From Callorhinchus milii (Eukaryota): a stretch of 64,000 nt of DNA. The position numbers and the translations under genes were made by a program. Location of the stretch: positions 42,286,001 to 42,350,000 of the forward strand of contig NW_024704742.1 in the NCBI RefSeq assembly GCF_018977255.1. The letters are read 5' to 3'. Positions 39,831 to 54,700 of this stretch are shown here, piece by piece. The notes under the pieces were generated by a model, which saw only the letters and a list, made by a program, of their open reading frames with translations, was not told where the DNA came from and did no database searches. Each line of letters begins with the position of its first letter. Position 1 is the stretch's first letter.

Positions 39831-39962
39831 ATGTCGTCCTTTTCTGGTGGGAAACCAAAATCAATCCAGAAGAAGAAAGCGTCTGTGTCTGCACCAGCTG
39901 GATCCACCATTAAACCACACCCAAGGCCGAGTGACCGGCTTAACCCCAAAACTATTAATCCA
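39831..39962 (+). CDS. PACRGL: PACRG-like protein, first confident coding exon (exon begins 39812)
   Basis: ctttgcattag| acceptor at 39811, ATG 39831, CCA|gtacgt donor; MSSFSGGKPKSIQKKKASVSAPAGSTIKPHPRPSDRLNPKTINP (PRPSDxLNPKTINP is PACRGL-like). Confidence 0.9.
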
Positions 39963-41107
39963 GTACGTTTTCACAGTTTTCCATTAATTGTTAGGTATAA
40001 TCTTTGTATATTGGCAATAGAATTTCAAATTGATTAGAGATAGATTGCTTGCTGTCATATTAAAGTTATTTGCATTCCACCCATAGCCAGATGTATGTGG
40101 TGCTGAATGATGGGAATTCTGTTCTGATAAGCCCAGGTGTTGATTGTGGATTCCCATAGGTCCGTGTGAAACAGATTTGGTTGCCAACAGGATTTGATAT
40201 TTACAAGTCCTTTGTGGCTCCTGTTTGCATTCCAGGTTTTTTATATATTTTTAATGGCGTAGCCATAAAGTGAAACAAACCATTCTAACAACCAAAGGGT
40301 TTCCATGCCATTAGTGGCCTCCATGAGAGACTGATCGTCAACTGTGACGGGAATATTCAGCCTTTTATCTCTGTAGAAAATGTACTGAGCTCAGAATGAA
40401 TACAAAATTGAGCCTCCAGTTGCATTAATAAATGGAACTCAGAGCTGCTTAATATGAAAGGACTTATTGCTTAGAATCTATTTTAATATGGTTTCATGAT
40501 GTACTATAAAATATAATTTCAATGCATTTCAAATTACAAAATGTCTAGTACAAAATGACAGTGTGTATTGTAATTATTGTTAAGAGCACCATTACCCTTG
40601 ACCAAGATATTGCAAACAATGAATTGAAAAATTTGAAACAGTCCCACGTATTTTTTAATGCTACAAAATCAATATAATACACTTAGTGCACTTAGAGCTG
40701 CTTTGCTTTTAATATTTTTGATATTATTTCAACCCTGCTTCATTTTAAAAGGAAACCATTTAAGTGTAATGTCTTGCTGCTAAATTTCAGTACAGCAGTT
40801 TTCCTAAATCGTTTACTTATTATTTGTTGTTGTTGTCATTGTTAATAAAGCATACTCAAAATTCTTAGTAACAATTGACCAGGGTTGTCTTGGCTTTTGA
40901 TGTTTTGACGCAGTTACTGACTTTGGTGATAGCATATTGAGGGCATTTGAGATATAGGCCAATGTATCATTTGACTAGAGTTAAAATTATATTTTTTCAA
41001 CAAGTTGTAAAGTTATTCACTACCTTGAGCAATTGTGTAATATATTGAGGGAATGCTTCTGGATGTGATAATTTAGATTTGACGTGCTAATTGTTTTTTT
41101 ATTGCAG

Positions 41108-41175
41108 TTCAGTAATCCTTTGAGGCAACAATCTACATTTGCTGCAGTGTATGCTAAAGGCGAAGTTCCCTGCAG
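41108..41175 (+). CDS. PACRGL: PACRGL coding exon
   Basis: ttttattgcag| ... |gtaact; FSNPLRQQSTFAAVYAKGEVPCR. Confidence 0.93.
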
Positions 41176-41687
41176 GTAACTTGAAGAACAAGATTGGGAT
41201 GGAAACTGCTGGATTTCCTGGTAGCTGCTGTTTTTTTACTCTTAAAAGCTGGCATTTCAGTGCCGTATCACAGCTTAACTCACGAGTTATTTCATTCAGA
41301 AAGTTTGAAGAGCACATTAGCTAACTTAGGATAACAAAACACCAACACAAAAATATCCCATTTAATAAGGACCAGGGATTTGTAAATGATCATGTTCTTA
41401 AGGTTATAGTCATAGTTTTAAAGGGTAAGAATTTTGATTAGTAGTCTTAAATTCAGTCTTAATTTGGAAGTCAGTTTTCCACAGTAATATTTCATGCTGT
41501 ATGAAAAATTAACCTCCAAATTTAGACTGATTTTAAGAATTTTCCAAATTTTTTGCACAATCCTAAATTTTTGCTAAGGCTATTAGAGATCTTGGGGCTC
41601 AGAAATCCTTAAGTGGTCCTTACTTGTAGTCTGAGAGATTTACTCTGGCATTGATTAACATCTATATTCTCTATATTAGATATATAA

Positions 41688-41876
<189 letters not shown>

Positions 41877-42849
41877 TAACTTTGCCCACAAAAGTAATTT
41901 GAATGAATTAATGTAAAAGAATACAATAATACAGGCAATTCTGGAGTGCAGCGCTACCCAGGACAAGTATTCTTTTAAGTAGCAAAATGTTTGTACCCTT
42001 CCTTTAGAATCCAAACCTTACAACTTCAGTCTCAGATTTTGCTGTAAAAATTATATAGGGTAACATTAGCATTGCAAAACATGTCTTTTATTTGAGTTGC
42101 TCCTTTTTTTTGTTAAGCCCTCATAACTGATATAACCAACTCTGACCTGGAATTAAAACGTGTTCAAGGTGAAAAGCTGTGAGAATTGCACTGTTGTCAC
42201 CTGACACCAAAACAATAGTGACTTATCCTCCATATTTATATTCTGGTGGCTAAGAAGCACAGAATGTTCTTGTTCTTTTCAATCAAAAAATATAATGATT
42301 TTAATACAATAATTAATGATTGCTCAGCAGCTTTGACCACCATGTAGTTTAGCTGCACACACTAGGAAGGTCCCAGATTCTATAATTTGGCTGTCCTGAG
42401 TTAGCTGATAAGAATCAAAGCCAGAATGATGGGACCTATGATTGACACTGGATTCTGGGAGCAGGGGCCTTGCTCCTGATTGCTATTCCGTAACCTTTGC
42501 TGGAGGGGCATTTGCATGGACCATAATGACTGTAAAATATATATGTATTCTAATATTTAGAATTAGGTGATGTCTCTGTGGAATATACGTTTTGAAGGCA
42601 TTTAAGAAAACTATACAAGTGAAGCCTCACAAATACTATTTAATTAATCAATGATCATACCTCTTTGACACACTTCCAACATTTTGTATACTTTTGTAAT
42701 GGAGTTTGTAATAGACATCTGCTTATAAAGTGTATCAGTATAAGGACCTTGTAAAATACAATACACTTCTGATATGCCTGGGTATCTTGTTTGACCCTGA
42801 ACTGTCCTTTCTCCCCCACATCCGCGCCATGACTGGAACTGCCTACCAC

Positions 42850-43482
42850 AAACCTCCGCAATATTGCCAGACTCCGTCACTGCCTCACCCCTCAGACTGC
42901 TGAAACCCTCACCCATACATTCGTCACCTCAAGGCTTGATTACGGGAACTCCTTCCTCATCGACCTTCCCAACTCTTCCCATCACAAGCTGCAGATCATC
43001 CAAAACTCTGCAGCTCGTGTACTCTCACACACCAGGCTCCGCAACCCCACCCTCGCCCGACTCCACTGGCTCCTCATCCCCCAGAGGATCGAGTTCAAGA
43101 TTCTCGTCCTCACCTTTAAGGCCCTCCTACCTCTCTGACCTGCTGACTCCCTACGAACCTGCCCGCTCCCTTCGTTCATCGGGCTCCAGCCTGCTCCATG
43201 TCTCCCGCCTGACCCGCCCTACCATCGGTGACCGGGCTTTCAGCCTCTCTGCCCCCACACTCTGGCACTCCATCACACAGTCCTTTTGCATCGCTTCCTC
43301 CCTTGCCTCCTTCAAGGCCGGTCTCAAGACCCTTCTCTTCGACTGTGCCTTCAGCCTCCCTCCCACCTCTCTGCCTTCCCTACACCTCCCCCATGCTCGG
43401 GCCCCGACACCTGACTGTTCAGCGGTTGGGATGTCCTCCCGACGTGAAAGTCGCTCTATAAATGTAATTTTGTTGTTGTTGA
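42850..43482 (+). mobile_element. L2 LINE 3' fragment (same family as 506-1057)
   Basis: LRNIARLRHCLTPQTAETLTHTFVTSRLDY; PTIGDRAFSLSAPTLWHS; (TTG)n tail. Confidence 0.92.
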
Positions 43483-43785
43483 TAACTCAGCCCTGTCTTA
43501 ACTTGTCACTAGCACTTAAGCCATCATGCTGTCAATATCCAGGCCATATTTATTTATGTATTTATTCAGATGCCTAACTCCCGACTCGTGATACCTGTCA
43601 CTGAGCCCTTTTCCCTAGGAGTGATGAGTTATCAGGAGTTTACTGTAATGTGCTGATATAACGTTAGCTTTTGTGACAATTTGATGAGTTGTGTTTGAAA
43701 GCAAAACTTTGCTGAACTAAGGAGTAAATTATATAGGAAAAAGCAAATCTTTAGTTATATATAATCCTTATGTTTCCCTACATAG

Positions 43786-43932
<147 letters not shown>

Positions 43933-44447
43933 TAGAACTTTCACATGAAGTTAATTAATAGCAAATTACAAATTACTCTCTGGATTTTTATATTTTAAGA
44001 GGTTTGGCGAAAGGGAAGAGAAAGAGAACTGGATAATTGGATTTGGATAAAAATCTGCCAGTATCTAATAAACCAGTGAAACAGGCTTAATGCACTTTCT
44101 TATCATGGCCGAGAAGCATGGAGTTGCATGTGAGAGAGGGTGTTATTGTGCTTGTGTGATGGAGAGACCGCCAACATTCCAGCTCCTGATCACAATTCAG
44201 CTATCCCTGGTGCAAAGTGTGCATGTGTGGATGTCCAGAAAAGAAGAGGTTTAAGCTAGATTGTGATGCTCCAACTGTGAATAATGAACACTTGGGGACA
44301 GTGACTGTCCCTGTCAAATTGTACACCAATGAGAATTGGCATGTGCAGGAGGAGGAGAGAAAATTGACAAGGAAATACATGTGCATCATTAAATGTGGTG
44401 CCTGATCAATTTACTGTTTTTAGCAGGAGAATTACAATTTAAAATAG

Positions 44448-44795
44448 CAATAATATAGCGCTTTTCACGTCTTCTAGACGTCGCAAAACGCTTCACAGAA
44501 TATACTGTAAAGTGAATTGACAGTATAATTTGTGGGCGAAACGCGGCAGCAATTGCGTACAGCAGTATCCCACAAACAGTCATGGATTGAGTGATCAAAT
44601 TTTAGCTTTTTTTGAAGGATTATTATCCCCGGAAAAGCGATCCGCCAATCGACTAACAACCGGGTTCCTACTTACTGCTAGGTAAACAGAGGCGTGTGGA
44701 GTAAGGAAACTTACCCAATGTTTCACTCTGCCAGGAATAGAACCCAAGACTCTCTCTTGCGAGGCGAGTGCTCTAACCACTCACCTAAGGACTCC
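44448..44795 (-). mobile_element. SINE family A (long form)
   Basis: Revcomp GGAGTCCTTAGGTGAGTGGTTAGAGCACTCGCCTCGCAAG...GGTTCTATTCC. Confidence 0.9.
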
Positions 44796-45904
44796 TCATA
44801 GTACATTTGAAAGTTTATTTCAGGCAATTAAACATAAAAACATCAATCCGGGTGCAGTTAAATTGGCAAAGCTTGCTGTGTTTGTTCCAGAGGTGGCCCT
44901 TTGGAGTGGCATACGGCTTTATTTAAAAGCTGCATTGGGATAGACCACATCAAAACTAAGACTACCTTCACTGCCATTCAGGGATTTAATATATCATCTA
45001 AACAAGAAGAAAGTCATGGTAGATCAGATTGATCTGAAGATGAACTTTATTCATAGGAAAAGCACAAGTTATTCCTTTCTCTCTTTCCATTACCTTCTCC
45101 CTTCCCCATTCTATCTTTCCTTTCATGTATTTAATTACAGAATGGTGACACCTAGACATCGCAGTACCAGAGTAACTGCAATGCAACTTAATATTTTCTA
45201 ACCATCAGACATTTTCTGATGGCTGCAGAATGCCAGTGCAGTTCAGCTTGGTGATGTTTCAGCAACTGCTCAGTCTGCTTGCAGCCAAAAAATAATACAG
45301 GGCAGTTGTTCACACTCCACAGCCACCATTTAAACTGGTGAAGCTGCCTTCACAAGTACAAAGTGAAACACTTCTTCAAGTGAGTTTCAGCATCTCCACA
45401 TCGTAATGCGCCAGACATTAGAACAGCCACGCTGTAATGCTATGCACGATATGCACCATAAGATTAGTTTTAGGTGATTGGGTCATTCGGCACATCAATT
45501 CCACTCTCATTTTATTAATTCATAGTTCATTTAGCTCTTTTTAATCCTGGGGGCAGTATTTTCCACATTCCTCAATCCTTCAATCCTGATTTGCTTGTTA
45601 GCAATCTTGCCCCAAGTCAGAGGTTGTAGGTTTAAGCCATCTCGACTGACATTACAGTGTAACACTGGGGAGAGCCTACATTGTCAGAGGTACCATCCTT
45701 CAGATAAGACTGAGGTCCTCTCTTCCTCTTTAAATAGACATTTAGAAAGAATGTACAGCACGGTAACAGGCCATTCGGCCTAAGCAGTCTGTGCCGGTGT
45801 TTATACTCCACACAAGTCTTCAACTATTCCTCACTCCCTCTTGTAACCCTTCTGTTCCCTTCTGAAGGTCTCGCTTCCTTTTGAATGCATCTCCACTATC
45901 TGAT

Positions 45905-46320
45905 TCCAGGATACTCACTCACACAAAACTCTGTACCCCCATCACACCAGTGCTTGCCAGACTCCACTGGCTCCCAATCACTAAATGGATCAACTTCAAG
46001 ATCCTCTCAGCCGTTTTCAAATCACTCCACCACCTGCTGCCTCTGCTCGGCTGGCTCCAGCCTCCTTTTTGTCCCTCGTGCCCTCCGTTCCACCATCGGT
46101 GGCCGTGCCTTCAGCCACTATACCTGGAAACGCTGGAACTCTCTCCCTCAATCCCTTCGCCTGCCCCCTTCCTCCCCACATTCAAATCCCGCCTAAAGAG
46201 CTTCCTTTTTGATTGTGCTCAGGGTCACCTCCCCCTTGGCTTGTTGTCAGACTCTACAACTGATGCACTCTGGGAGTCTACACCGTGTGAAGGGTGCTAT
46301 ATAAATGCAAGTTGTTGTTG
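45905..46320 (+). mobile_element. L2 LINE 3' fragment
   Basis: PITPVLARLHWLPITKWINFKIL; STIGGRAFSHY; (GTT)n tail. Confidence 0.88.
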
Positions 46321-46324
46321 ATTC

Positions 46325-46815
46325 AATCACCTCTTCAACAGTGAGTTCTACAATCCCACTATCCTCTGCCTAAATTCTCTTTAAGATCCCTTAGTCGACA
46401 TCTTATATTTCTGTCCCCTGTATACGGACTCCCCAAACAGCGGAAAAGCCTATTTATGTTGACCTTATCGAACCTATTTATAACTTTAAACATTTTTATT
46501 GGGTCTTCCCTTAAATGCCTCTTCTCTAGTTAAAAAACAGCCTAACCTATCCAAAAATATCTTTATTTTTCCTGTGAATTTCTTGCATTTTCCTACATTA
46601 AACTTTGCTTGCCATCTGTCTGCCCATTCTGCTAGCCGCTATAGGTCTTCTGGCATTCTTCTGCAGTCTCCTATATGGTTTACCATGCCTCCCAGTTTGA
46701 TGTCATCGGCAAATTTTGACACCACATCTCTTACACCTGAATCTAAATAACTTACGTACATGGTGAACAATAGCGGTCTTAACACGGATCCCTGTGGAAC
46801 ACCACTTCCTACTGC
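46325..46815 (-). mobile_element. CR1 LINE fragments including the RT core
   Basis: GSGVPQGSVLRPLLFTMYVSYLDSGVRDVVSKFADDIKLGG. Confidence 0.9.
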
Positions 46816-47364
46816 TTGCCGGCCAGGTCGTATTCGAAAAAAGAAAGAAGTTGCACCTGGTGTCCCGACCAACAATCACCCAGGTAAACTGGTCATTCAT
46901 TTCATGGCTGTTTGTGAAACATTGCTTTACACAAATTGGCTGCTATGGTTGACTACAAATAGTCATTATTACACTTTATAGAAAACTCTGAAGTGCTTTA
47001 AGATGTTCTCAACATGATAGGTCCTGGATCAAATGCAAGGATTATTTTACATTTCACTCATCAGGTCGCTGCCAACATCACGTTCTGTACTCATACACAT
47101 GTAGAGCACAGGAAATGATATCAATGGCAACCTGATGACCTAGAAATCTGCCATTTTGGTTTCTTGTGTGCTTGCTGGTGTTTGTCTTTCTCATTCATGC
47201 ACAGAAAATGCAGAAGTGCTGACTGTCAATTGCAGCCTGGTTTAGTGCTGGTTGGGTTGTTATGGAACCTTATTACCACATTAAACAGGACTCTATAGCA
47301 TTGCGTTTTTTAAAAGAATAATGTAGGGTTTATTATCTGGTATAGACTACTAACATTTATGTAG

Positions 47365-47637
<273 letters not shown>

Positions 47638-48917
47638 TGAAATGACAGTTATGAGATGATCTAGCTGTGTGAGGTTTGGGGACTTTCATCATATTTCAGC
47701 AAAATTATGCAGATTTCTCCAGTAAAGTAATGAAAATACTTTCAAATGAAGGATCAATTCATGCACTTAAAATTAATTCTGATAAAAATCAAATTCTCCT
47801 GTCATCCGTTATCCTGAACACTACTGTGATTTTGTATTGGAGTATGTGAAGGATAAACAACTGAGGAAAAGTACCTATCTCTGATATGATGCTCCACCTC
47901 CCTTGTTTTAAATTCCTTTCCCATTGTTTCAAAGTCTTGATTTGGATAACTTAAGAGTTATTTAATTTTGACAAATTGCTTTATTTGTTGCTTAATTGCA
48001 GCCCATGACGCAGACTGCCTCTATCAAAATGAACTCTTAAGCAAGGCGATTATGCACTTTGACTTTGGTAGTTCATAAAGTGATTATATGATTTCAGAGC
48101 AGATAAATGTAAAAAGGGAAGGAATTGGTGTGATGACTTCTCCAATTTTACGACCGCCTTTTGTGGATTATATAATTCACATTATGTGAATAAGGTCAAT
48201 CACATAAAAAGAAAGATTTTTTTTGGAAAACATATTTTAAATATCATTTGATAGTTCTTCAAGTTTCCAATTTCCAAGCATAAAACTTGCTTTAGAAACT
48301 TGCTTTAGGAAGTTTTCCTACCTTTTTTTTGCACTGCAACTTACACTGCTGTTTTTCAAACCCACTGAGGGCAATTGTAATGCATTCGTTACTGACCCAT
48401 TTGAGATCAACCAATGCATCACTGACAAGGTACTGAAGTGTGTCTGGATGGCTGATTATCAGTGGTGAGTTTATCCAGAGCATTTTCTTTTATAAGGCAA
48501 CCTCTTGGTCTTATTAGCTTTCAAAGATCCACATTGCAGAATTGTCCTTAATCGATAAATACTTCTTATTCACTGTGTACAAAATGCACCTGCAGGTTTT
48601 GAGTGGAGAACAGAGCCAGCCTGCCTGAGCCAACTCTTCCAGTAGCACTGAGCTTGTGCTACTACATTTTGTCATTTTCTGCAGAGGCTGGGGGTTGAGT
48701 TATGTAAAGTTGTCAAGTCATCTGTGCACAGATGTTTAGTGGATGTCATAACAGTTTCTTTCAGTAGGATAGAATAGGATTAGTCTAGGAAAATTCATTT
48801 TGTTTAATTATCTTTGTGACTAAATTAATTTTTTTTGTTATGGGCTTTTTATCTCATTTGGGGAATTGTCATTCTGTTCGAAAAGGTTAAATTCCGAAAA
48901 CCTTTTTTTCTTGACAG

Positions 48918-48998
48918 TTGTCAAAAAGGCTGATGGACAAAAAGTTTAAGGAGGAGATTACGGTGGCTCTGCAGAGATTAGAACAGCAAGGAGGAAGA
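48918..48998 (+). CDS. PACRGL: PACRGL coding exon
   Basis: tttcttgacag| ... AGA|gtaagt; LSKRLMDKKFKEEITVALQRLEQQGGR. Confidence 0.95.
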
Positions 48999-51560
48999 GT
49001 AAGTTTCCTTCAGAACTATGTCTCCCTTCCTCGTTGTGGTCAACATTTTTTAAAATAATTAATATGAGGCACGTGGAGTTATGGATGTGAAAGGAACTCC
49101 CAGGTTTCTTTCAGTCTAGTCATGATGTGAGCATGCATTTTAATAACAATCATTCAACTCATCTTGTTATGCATCTTTGAAATCCTGAGCCACTATTTCA
49201 CTGTGACTGTTGCAGAAACCTTTCAAACCATATTGGTGTAAATATTCAGAATGCAATTCCTTAAGGAACCATGCACACAAAATCAGCTGTGAATTGATGC
49301 TAAGAATCAGACCACATCAGAGAGACATTGCTGGGAATGACTGTCATGCTGAATTGAACTCATCACATTAACCTACACTGAATCTGCTGTTCCGTCATAT
49401 GCAGGGCAATTTGATAATTTTCTTTCTTCTCTGAGGCAAGATTTTGTTACTTTGGCAATCGTTTAGATAATTCTATATTTTGTATGTCTGCGACATTCTG
49501 GATTATTAAAACTAAAGTTGGTTAGCAAGCTAGTTCTGTCTGTTTGGAGAGACTGCTGCTTCTGTTTTTGCAGCTGATTTAATCACAACTGTTCCCACAA
49601 ACATATCTATAAATTCTAGTATAGATTTTCTTTCTCAGATGTTTGGCAACTTGAAATACCAGATACATTGCTGAAGGATACTGTAATAGTAGGCACAACA
49701 TAATTCATGTTTACTTTTCTGGCAAAAGCTGTTTTCCTTTTCTAAGCTAGAACTAAATTCAACTTAAAATAAGTTGTACTTTCTAATTTCAATGAGAATA
49801 TTTTATAACATTCATCACAGATATGAAGAACATTGCATAGCAGAGCACTTTAGCATGCATATACTGCTATTGACTTTTATTTATTTATTTATTTATTGCT
49901 ATTATTTGTGGGGAAAATGTATATGTTCAGTACTGGTTACACAAGTGAGACATCATGTGGTCTTGAAACAGATATCAGAGAATATCCAAATGGTTTTAGC
50001 ACTATGTCTTTTATTAGTAGCAGTTATAAATCTGCCTTCAGATCACAATGCAAGTGGGTACACAGAACCAATATAGATTCTATGGAGATTTGAAGAAATA
50101 CCCATTATTCACTGACAGTTCTGCAATGACAACCATCAATTTATGGGAAAAGCTAGATGGTTGATTCGGGAGCTTGAGTTCATTTTATCTTTTATCTGTC
50201 CTTCACTTGGGACAGAACTTCATAAAAAGCGCTTGTTAATCAGTCATATTCAAAGACTTTTTTTTGCACTGAACCAAACGTGATGTTTATTTTAGTATAG
50301 TAAGATATGACATATTACAATCATAATTTGTTGGATAATAAGACAGTTTTAATTTTTTCTCCATCCTCTCTCTTTAAGAAGAAAGGGCAAATGCATCCTG
50401 CATTTATATTCTTGCAATCAAAAATTTGTATACACAATAAACTATGAAACTGATTTTTTTTTTAGCGTGCATATCCAAAAGTTTATATTCATGCCCGTTA
50501 CCTGTAATCAATCTTTTAAAACAACGTTCAAACATTTCAAAAGTTGTCGTACTTTCTTTTACTTGAATACATTTGTTTCTGATTTGTAAACTTTTTATAA
50601 TAAATGCTGCCAGTAACAGCCCCTATCGGTTCTGTAATATATACATCCTGTTACCAGAATTCCCCTGGAACTTATTTTAAATAATTTGGTGAATACTACC
50701 ACAGGTACGATATGTAGGAATCCAGTAATCCAGTGGAAATGGTTGCATTCTGAACCAATTTTGTGAGTTACAACGTGTAACAAAGAAATAAATAGAAATT
50801 ACAGTTTGGTTTTGAAAGTATGTAAAATGTTATAATCGTGTAACACTTAGGCACAGAGATTTTCCCAGAGTGTCCACTCACACAATTTTTGCACTTTAAA
50901 ATCTACTTTCACAAGATTGAAACAAAGTCCCAGTGTGACTGAGCACCACAGGAGATCCAACAATTACTTTCAACAGGCTGTATGTTTTTAAATCTCAGGA
51001 GATGTTTCAAACAATTTGCTTTCAAATGTTTTATGGTTGTTTGGTTCATCTAAACTCATTCTATTTTAAGTGAGGAATGGAAGAGACCCTCGTTTTATTT
51101 GACACCTTAGTCCCCAGCATCATCCGAATTTTTTAAAATAAATTGCACAGTTCAATTTTCTGCATGTTCACAGAATACAAATTGGAACCTGGTTTTATTT
51201 TACCTGATTGCTTAATCTATTGAAATTAGAATTGACAGTTGTGTGGTGACGTGACCTGTTGATGTACATTGAGTTGCACCTTAGTGTTGTGGAATGTGGG
51301 CTGTAATCTGGAATGCTCATTTAGTAAATGGCATTTCCTCAGGCCTGAGAGCAAGCGGTCTGTCTGAGGCCATTGAGCGGACAGTCTACTTACACTCACT
51401 GTTTCTTAAACAAAAATGATGCTGGGTTCAGAAGTCACTGGGTGAGCGATAAGTAAAATGGGTGGTGCTTTTTCAATTGTTTTTGTATCCATGAATTACA
51501 GTTACTACTATTATTACTATTAGTTATTATTATTACTCTGATTTTCCATTTTTAATTTAG

Positions 51561-51617
51561 GAGTCTCTGACCATCATCAAATCCAAAATTCCAACCTATT
51601 GCTCTATCTACAACTGA
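51561..51617 (+). CDS. PACRGL: PACRGL last coding exon, stop TGA
   Basis: tttaatttag|; ESLTIIKSKIPTYCSIYN*; the seven exons sum to 672 nt in frame (223 aa + stop). Confidence 0.95.
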   Translation, partial: ESLTIIKSKIPTYCSIYN

Positions 51618-51740
51618 AAGAGGCAATTTCTTTGTCTGGAGGAAACGATCTGTGTCCAGATGGTTATAGGATCTTGCAAGGCCTCTGTCTCATCATGTGG
51701 AGTACTGCTTTTGTTGTCTGTATTTTTGTGTATCAAATCA

Positions 51741-51758
51741 AATAAATATACTAATAAA
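51741..51758 (+). terminator. Candidate PACRGL poly(A) signals
   Basis: AATAAA at 51741-51746 and 51753-51758, followed by GT-rich sequence. Confidence 0.55.
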
Positions 51759-54700
51759 ACTGGTGTTTTGAAATGTAGCTGACTGAAGTTCAACTGGGCT
51801 TGGTAAAAAAAACAAGCCACTTTTCTCTATCCCAGTGTAAATACAAAAAAGGACAATTAAATAAGTTGTATCTATTTGATATTTGCTGGTATATAATGTT
51901 TTTTATGCATGGGTTCACATAATATTAGGTTTGCTCTTTCTAAAAATCATACTTCATCCACTACTTTTAATTCACTTACAATGTTTTGTTCCACTGAAGA
52001 AGTGGAATTTTTGCACAGAATGCTTTGGCGTGATTCTATGGGCACTGGCAGGCCTTCAGTACATTGCCCAAGTCACCATTCTTCATATGTGAGCCTTGTC
52101 AATATGATCTACTTTATACAGATCGCTAAAAATAGCAACCTTAGTCCCTATAAAAATGAATGAAAAGACAACTGAGCAATTCAACAAGATTGAATCCAAT
52201 CAATGGCAACTGCCTGTTGGGCCAGGGAAAATTGAGTAGTGTCCTCATCTGATAATGTGACATGTGGTTCCAGCAGGAATCACTGGATATTTGTTAGGAG
52301 TAAGAATGTTGATCAAAATACAGTAATTTAGCAAAGACAGAGTCAAATCAATACTACAGTGTATTATTACAGATCAATAGTACATTGATCAGCAGAGACT
52401 GGGTCACATTATATCATCAAGTAGAAAGTATGTACTCGACAGTACATGTAGCCCTCAACTCTGGATAGAGCAGGATCTGCATTGTTTAAAGTTCTGCTGT
52501 TAACACACTATAATCTTTTTAGAAATATTTTGCAGCATGTTATTGATGACCGAACCACCACTTAAAATTCAGAAAAATATAGGTGATGAAAGTGCCTTTA
52601 AATGGGAGATGTTATGAATGCAGCAGAACAGGTTGTGCCAGACTTTTTAAAAAAATGCTGCAGCTTTAGTGGGTGATACAACCAACATTTCAATTGTAAA
52701 GGATATTCGATCAGAAACCTAATGGAAGAGTAATTAAGATGACAAATGCACATAATATTTAAGGGAGATGTGGAACATTGATGGGTAAGTACTGTAGAAA
52801 GCAGAGCAGAGTTATTAAAGTGAATTGAGGTGACTTACTGATGTACTAAAATATATCAGTCCTTATCTTGTTGGGATTCATCTTACTTTAATAACCCTGA
52901 AGAAGGGCTAGCTGAAGGATGAATGAAAAAGTTCAAACAATGCAGTAATTGCTGTTCAGGAGGATTTGGAAAAGCTTAGCATTAATGGGGAAATTCAGTG
53001 CATAGCCATCAACAGAGATATGTTTAAAGCTTTCAGTCTTGGATGTTATTAACTATTACTGCAATATAGGAGATAAGGATCTGTAAAGCTGATTATTTTT
53101 GGTTGAGATGAATGTTGATAAATGTACAAGCCCATGAATTTTACTGAATAAAGCTCACCTTTGTGTTTCCCCCACAAAATATACAGTCAATTCACTTCAC
53201 AGTATATTCTGTGAAGCATGTTGGTACTGATCTTCAGTTGAAACATTAATCGGAGGTCTCTGTCTGGTCAGTTGGATGTTCATGATCCCATGACACTATT
53301 AGAAAAAACTGAAGGGAGTGTCTCCCAGTGTTCTGGCCAGCGATCTTCCTGTTAATTTGACCATTTAATTCATGGCTATTTGTGGGATCTTGCAGTGTGC
53401 ATATTGGCTACTACACTTGACTAATTACTTGTTTGACATTGTAGGAGTGCTACCAAATGCAAGGACTTTTATTATTAATAATATTGTACAACCTAATGCC
53501 TCTTGACAGTACATAAGTCACCCTTGCAGAGGATAGTTGAGCAATAAGAATGGTGTCAACTTTTGATGATATTTAGCAAGTCATTGTTGAAGGTGAGTGT
53601 ATCTGACCTGAGGGCAACATACAAACGTGTTGTGATTTTAAAAAATGAATGAGCCTTACAAAGCTGTCTTGTAACATATCTGATAATCCATTTAGCTGGA
53701 TATAAGCTTAATCAAGTGCTAAGATATATGTCAAGGGCAATTGATTGCAAGTCAAAACAGTGAACCTGTGATTTAGGATTCCAAGTTATGAAGCGAGGCA
53801 GAGAACAGGTACTTTGTTAATTGCAGCAAAGGAAATTTAGAGGTGATATTATGAACTGAAATTATGAGATGCATCGATAATAGAAACATAAACAACTGAT
53901 TTAACTGAGAGGGTGGGTGTAGAAATGGAGGGGATGAGTAGATAATTTCAAGCAAGACTAAAGATTACATAAATTTTACATAACTCACATTAGCAGAACT
54001 AGCATAGAGGAGTTAATGTCTCAATCAAAAGACATCACCACGAACAATGCAGTGCTCTCCTGACATGGCATTAGAGTGTCAGCCTAGACCATGAGTTCAA
54101 AGCCCCAAAGTGGGGTTTGAACGCACAACCTTCTGACTCAGAGGTGAGAGTGGTTACCAACTGAGCCAGGCTGTTACCTGAATACATGAGGATGATCAAA
54201 TGTGATACCAAACTTGATGGTTGATGTGCGACGGGGACTATGGATAAGTCAATATGAAACATCACCAATCAGAGTGGTTTGTGTGGACTATGAGGATGGA
54301 TTCATATTTTAAATCTTTACTTAATGATCCTCGAGTCAGGGATAGACTTCACAAAGTTTTAAGTGCTTGTTGGATTATCGTTGGCTGATCAACTCCTACA
54401 AGAGTTTGTGTGAGTGGGTAGAATTCATGTAAGGGTACATTGTTCACAGTCTGTGAAGGAACAGATTTGATGAGCCAAATGACATTATTCTCCTTGCATT
54501 TGATAATAATCCTTGAATTTGATATAGCGCCTTATCACGTCTTCGAGACATCTCAAAGCACTTTACAGAATATACTGTAAAATGAATTGACTAGATTTTG
54601 TGGGGGATGTTTCTGTGATCTGCATCTTCCTCTATGAAAATTACATGAGTGGACAGCAGTGATGTAAATAAAGGAGGTAGAATATTTTAGAAATAAATTA

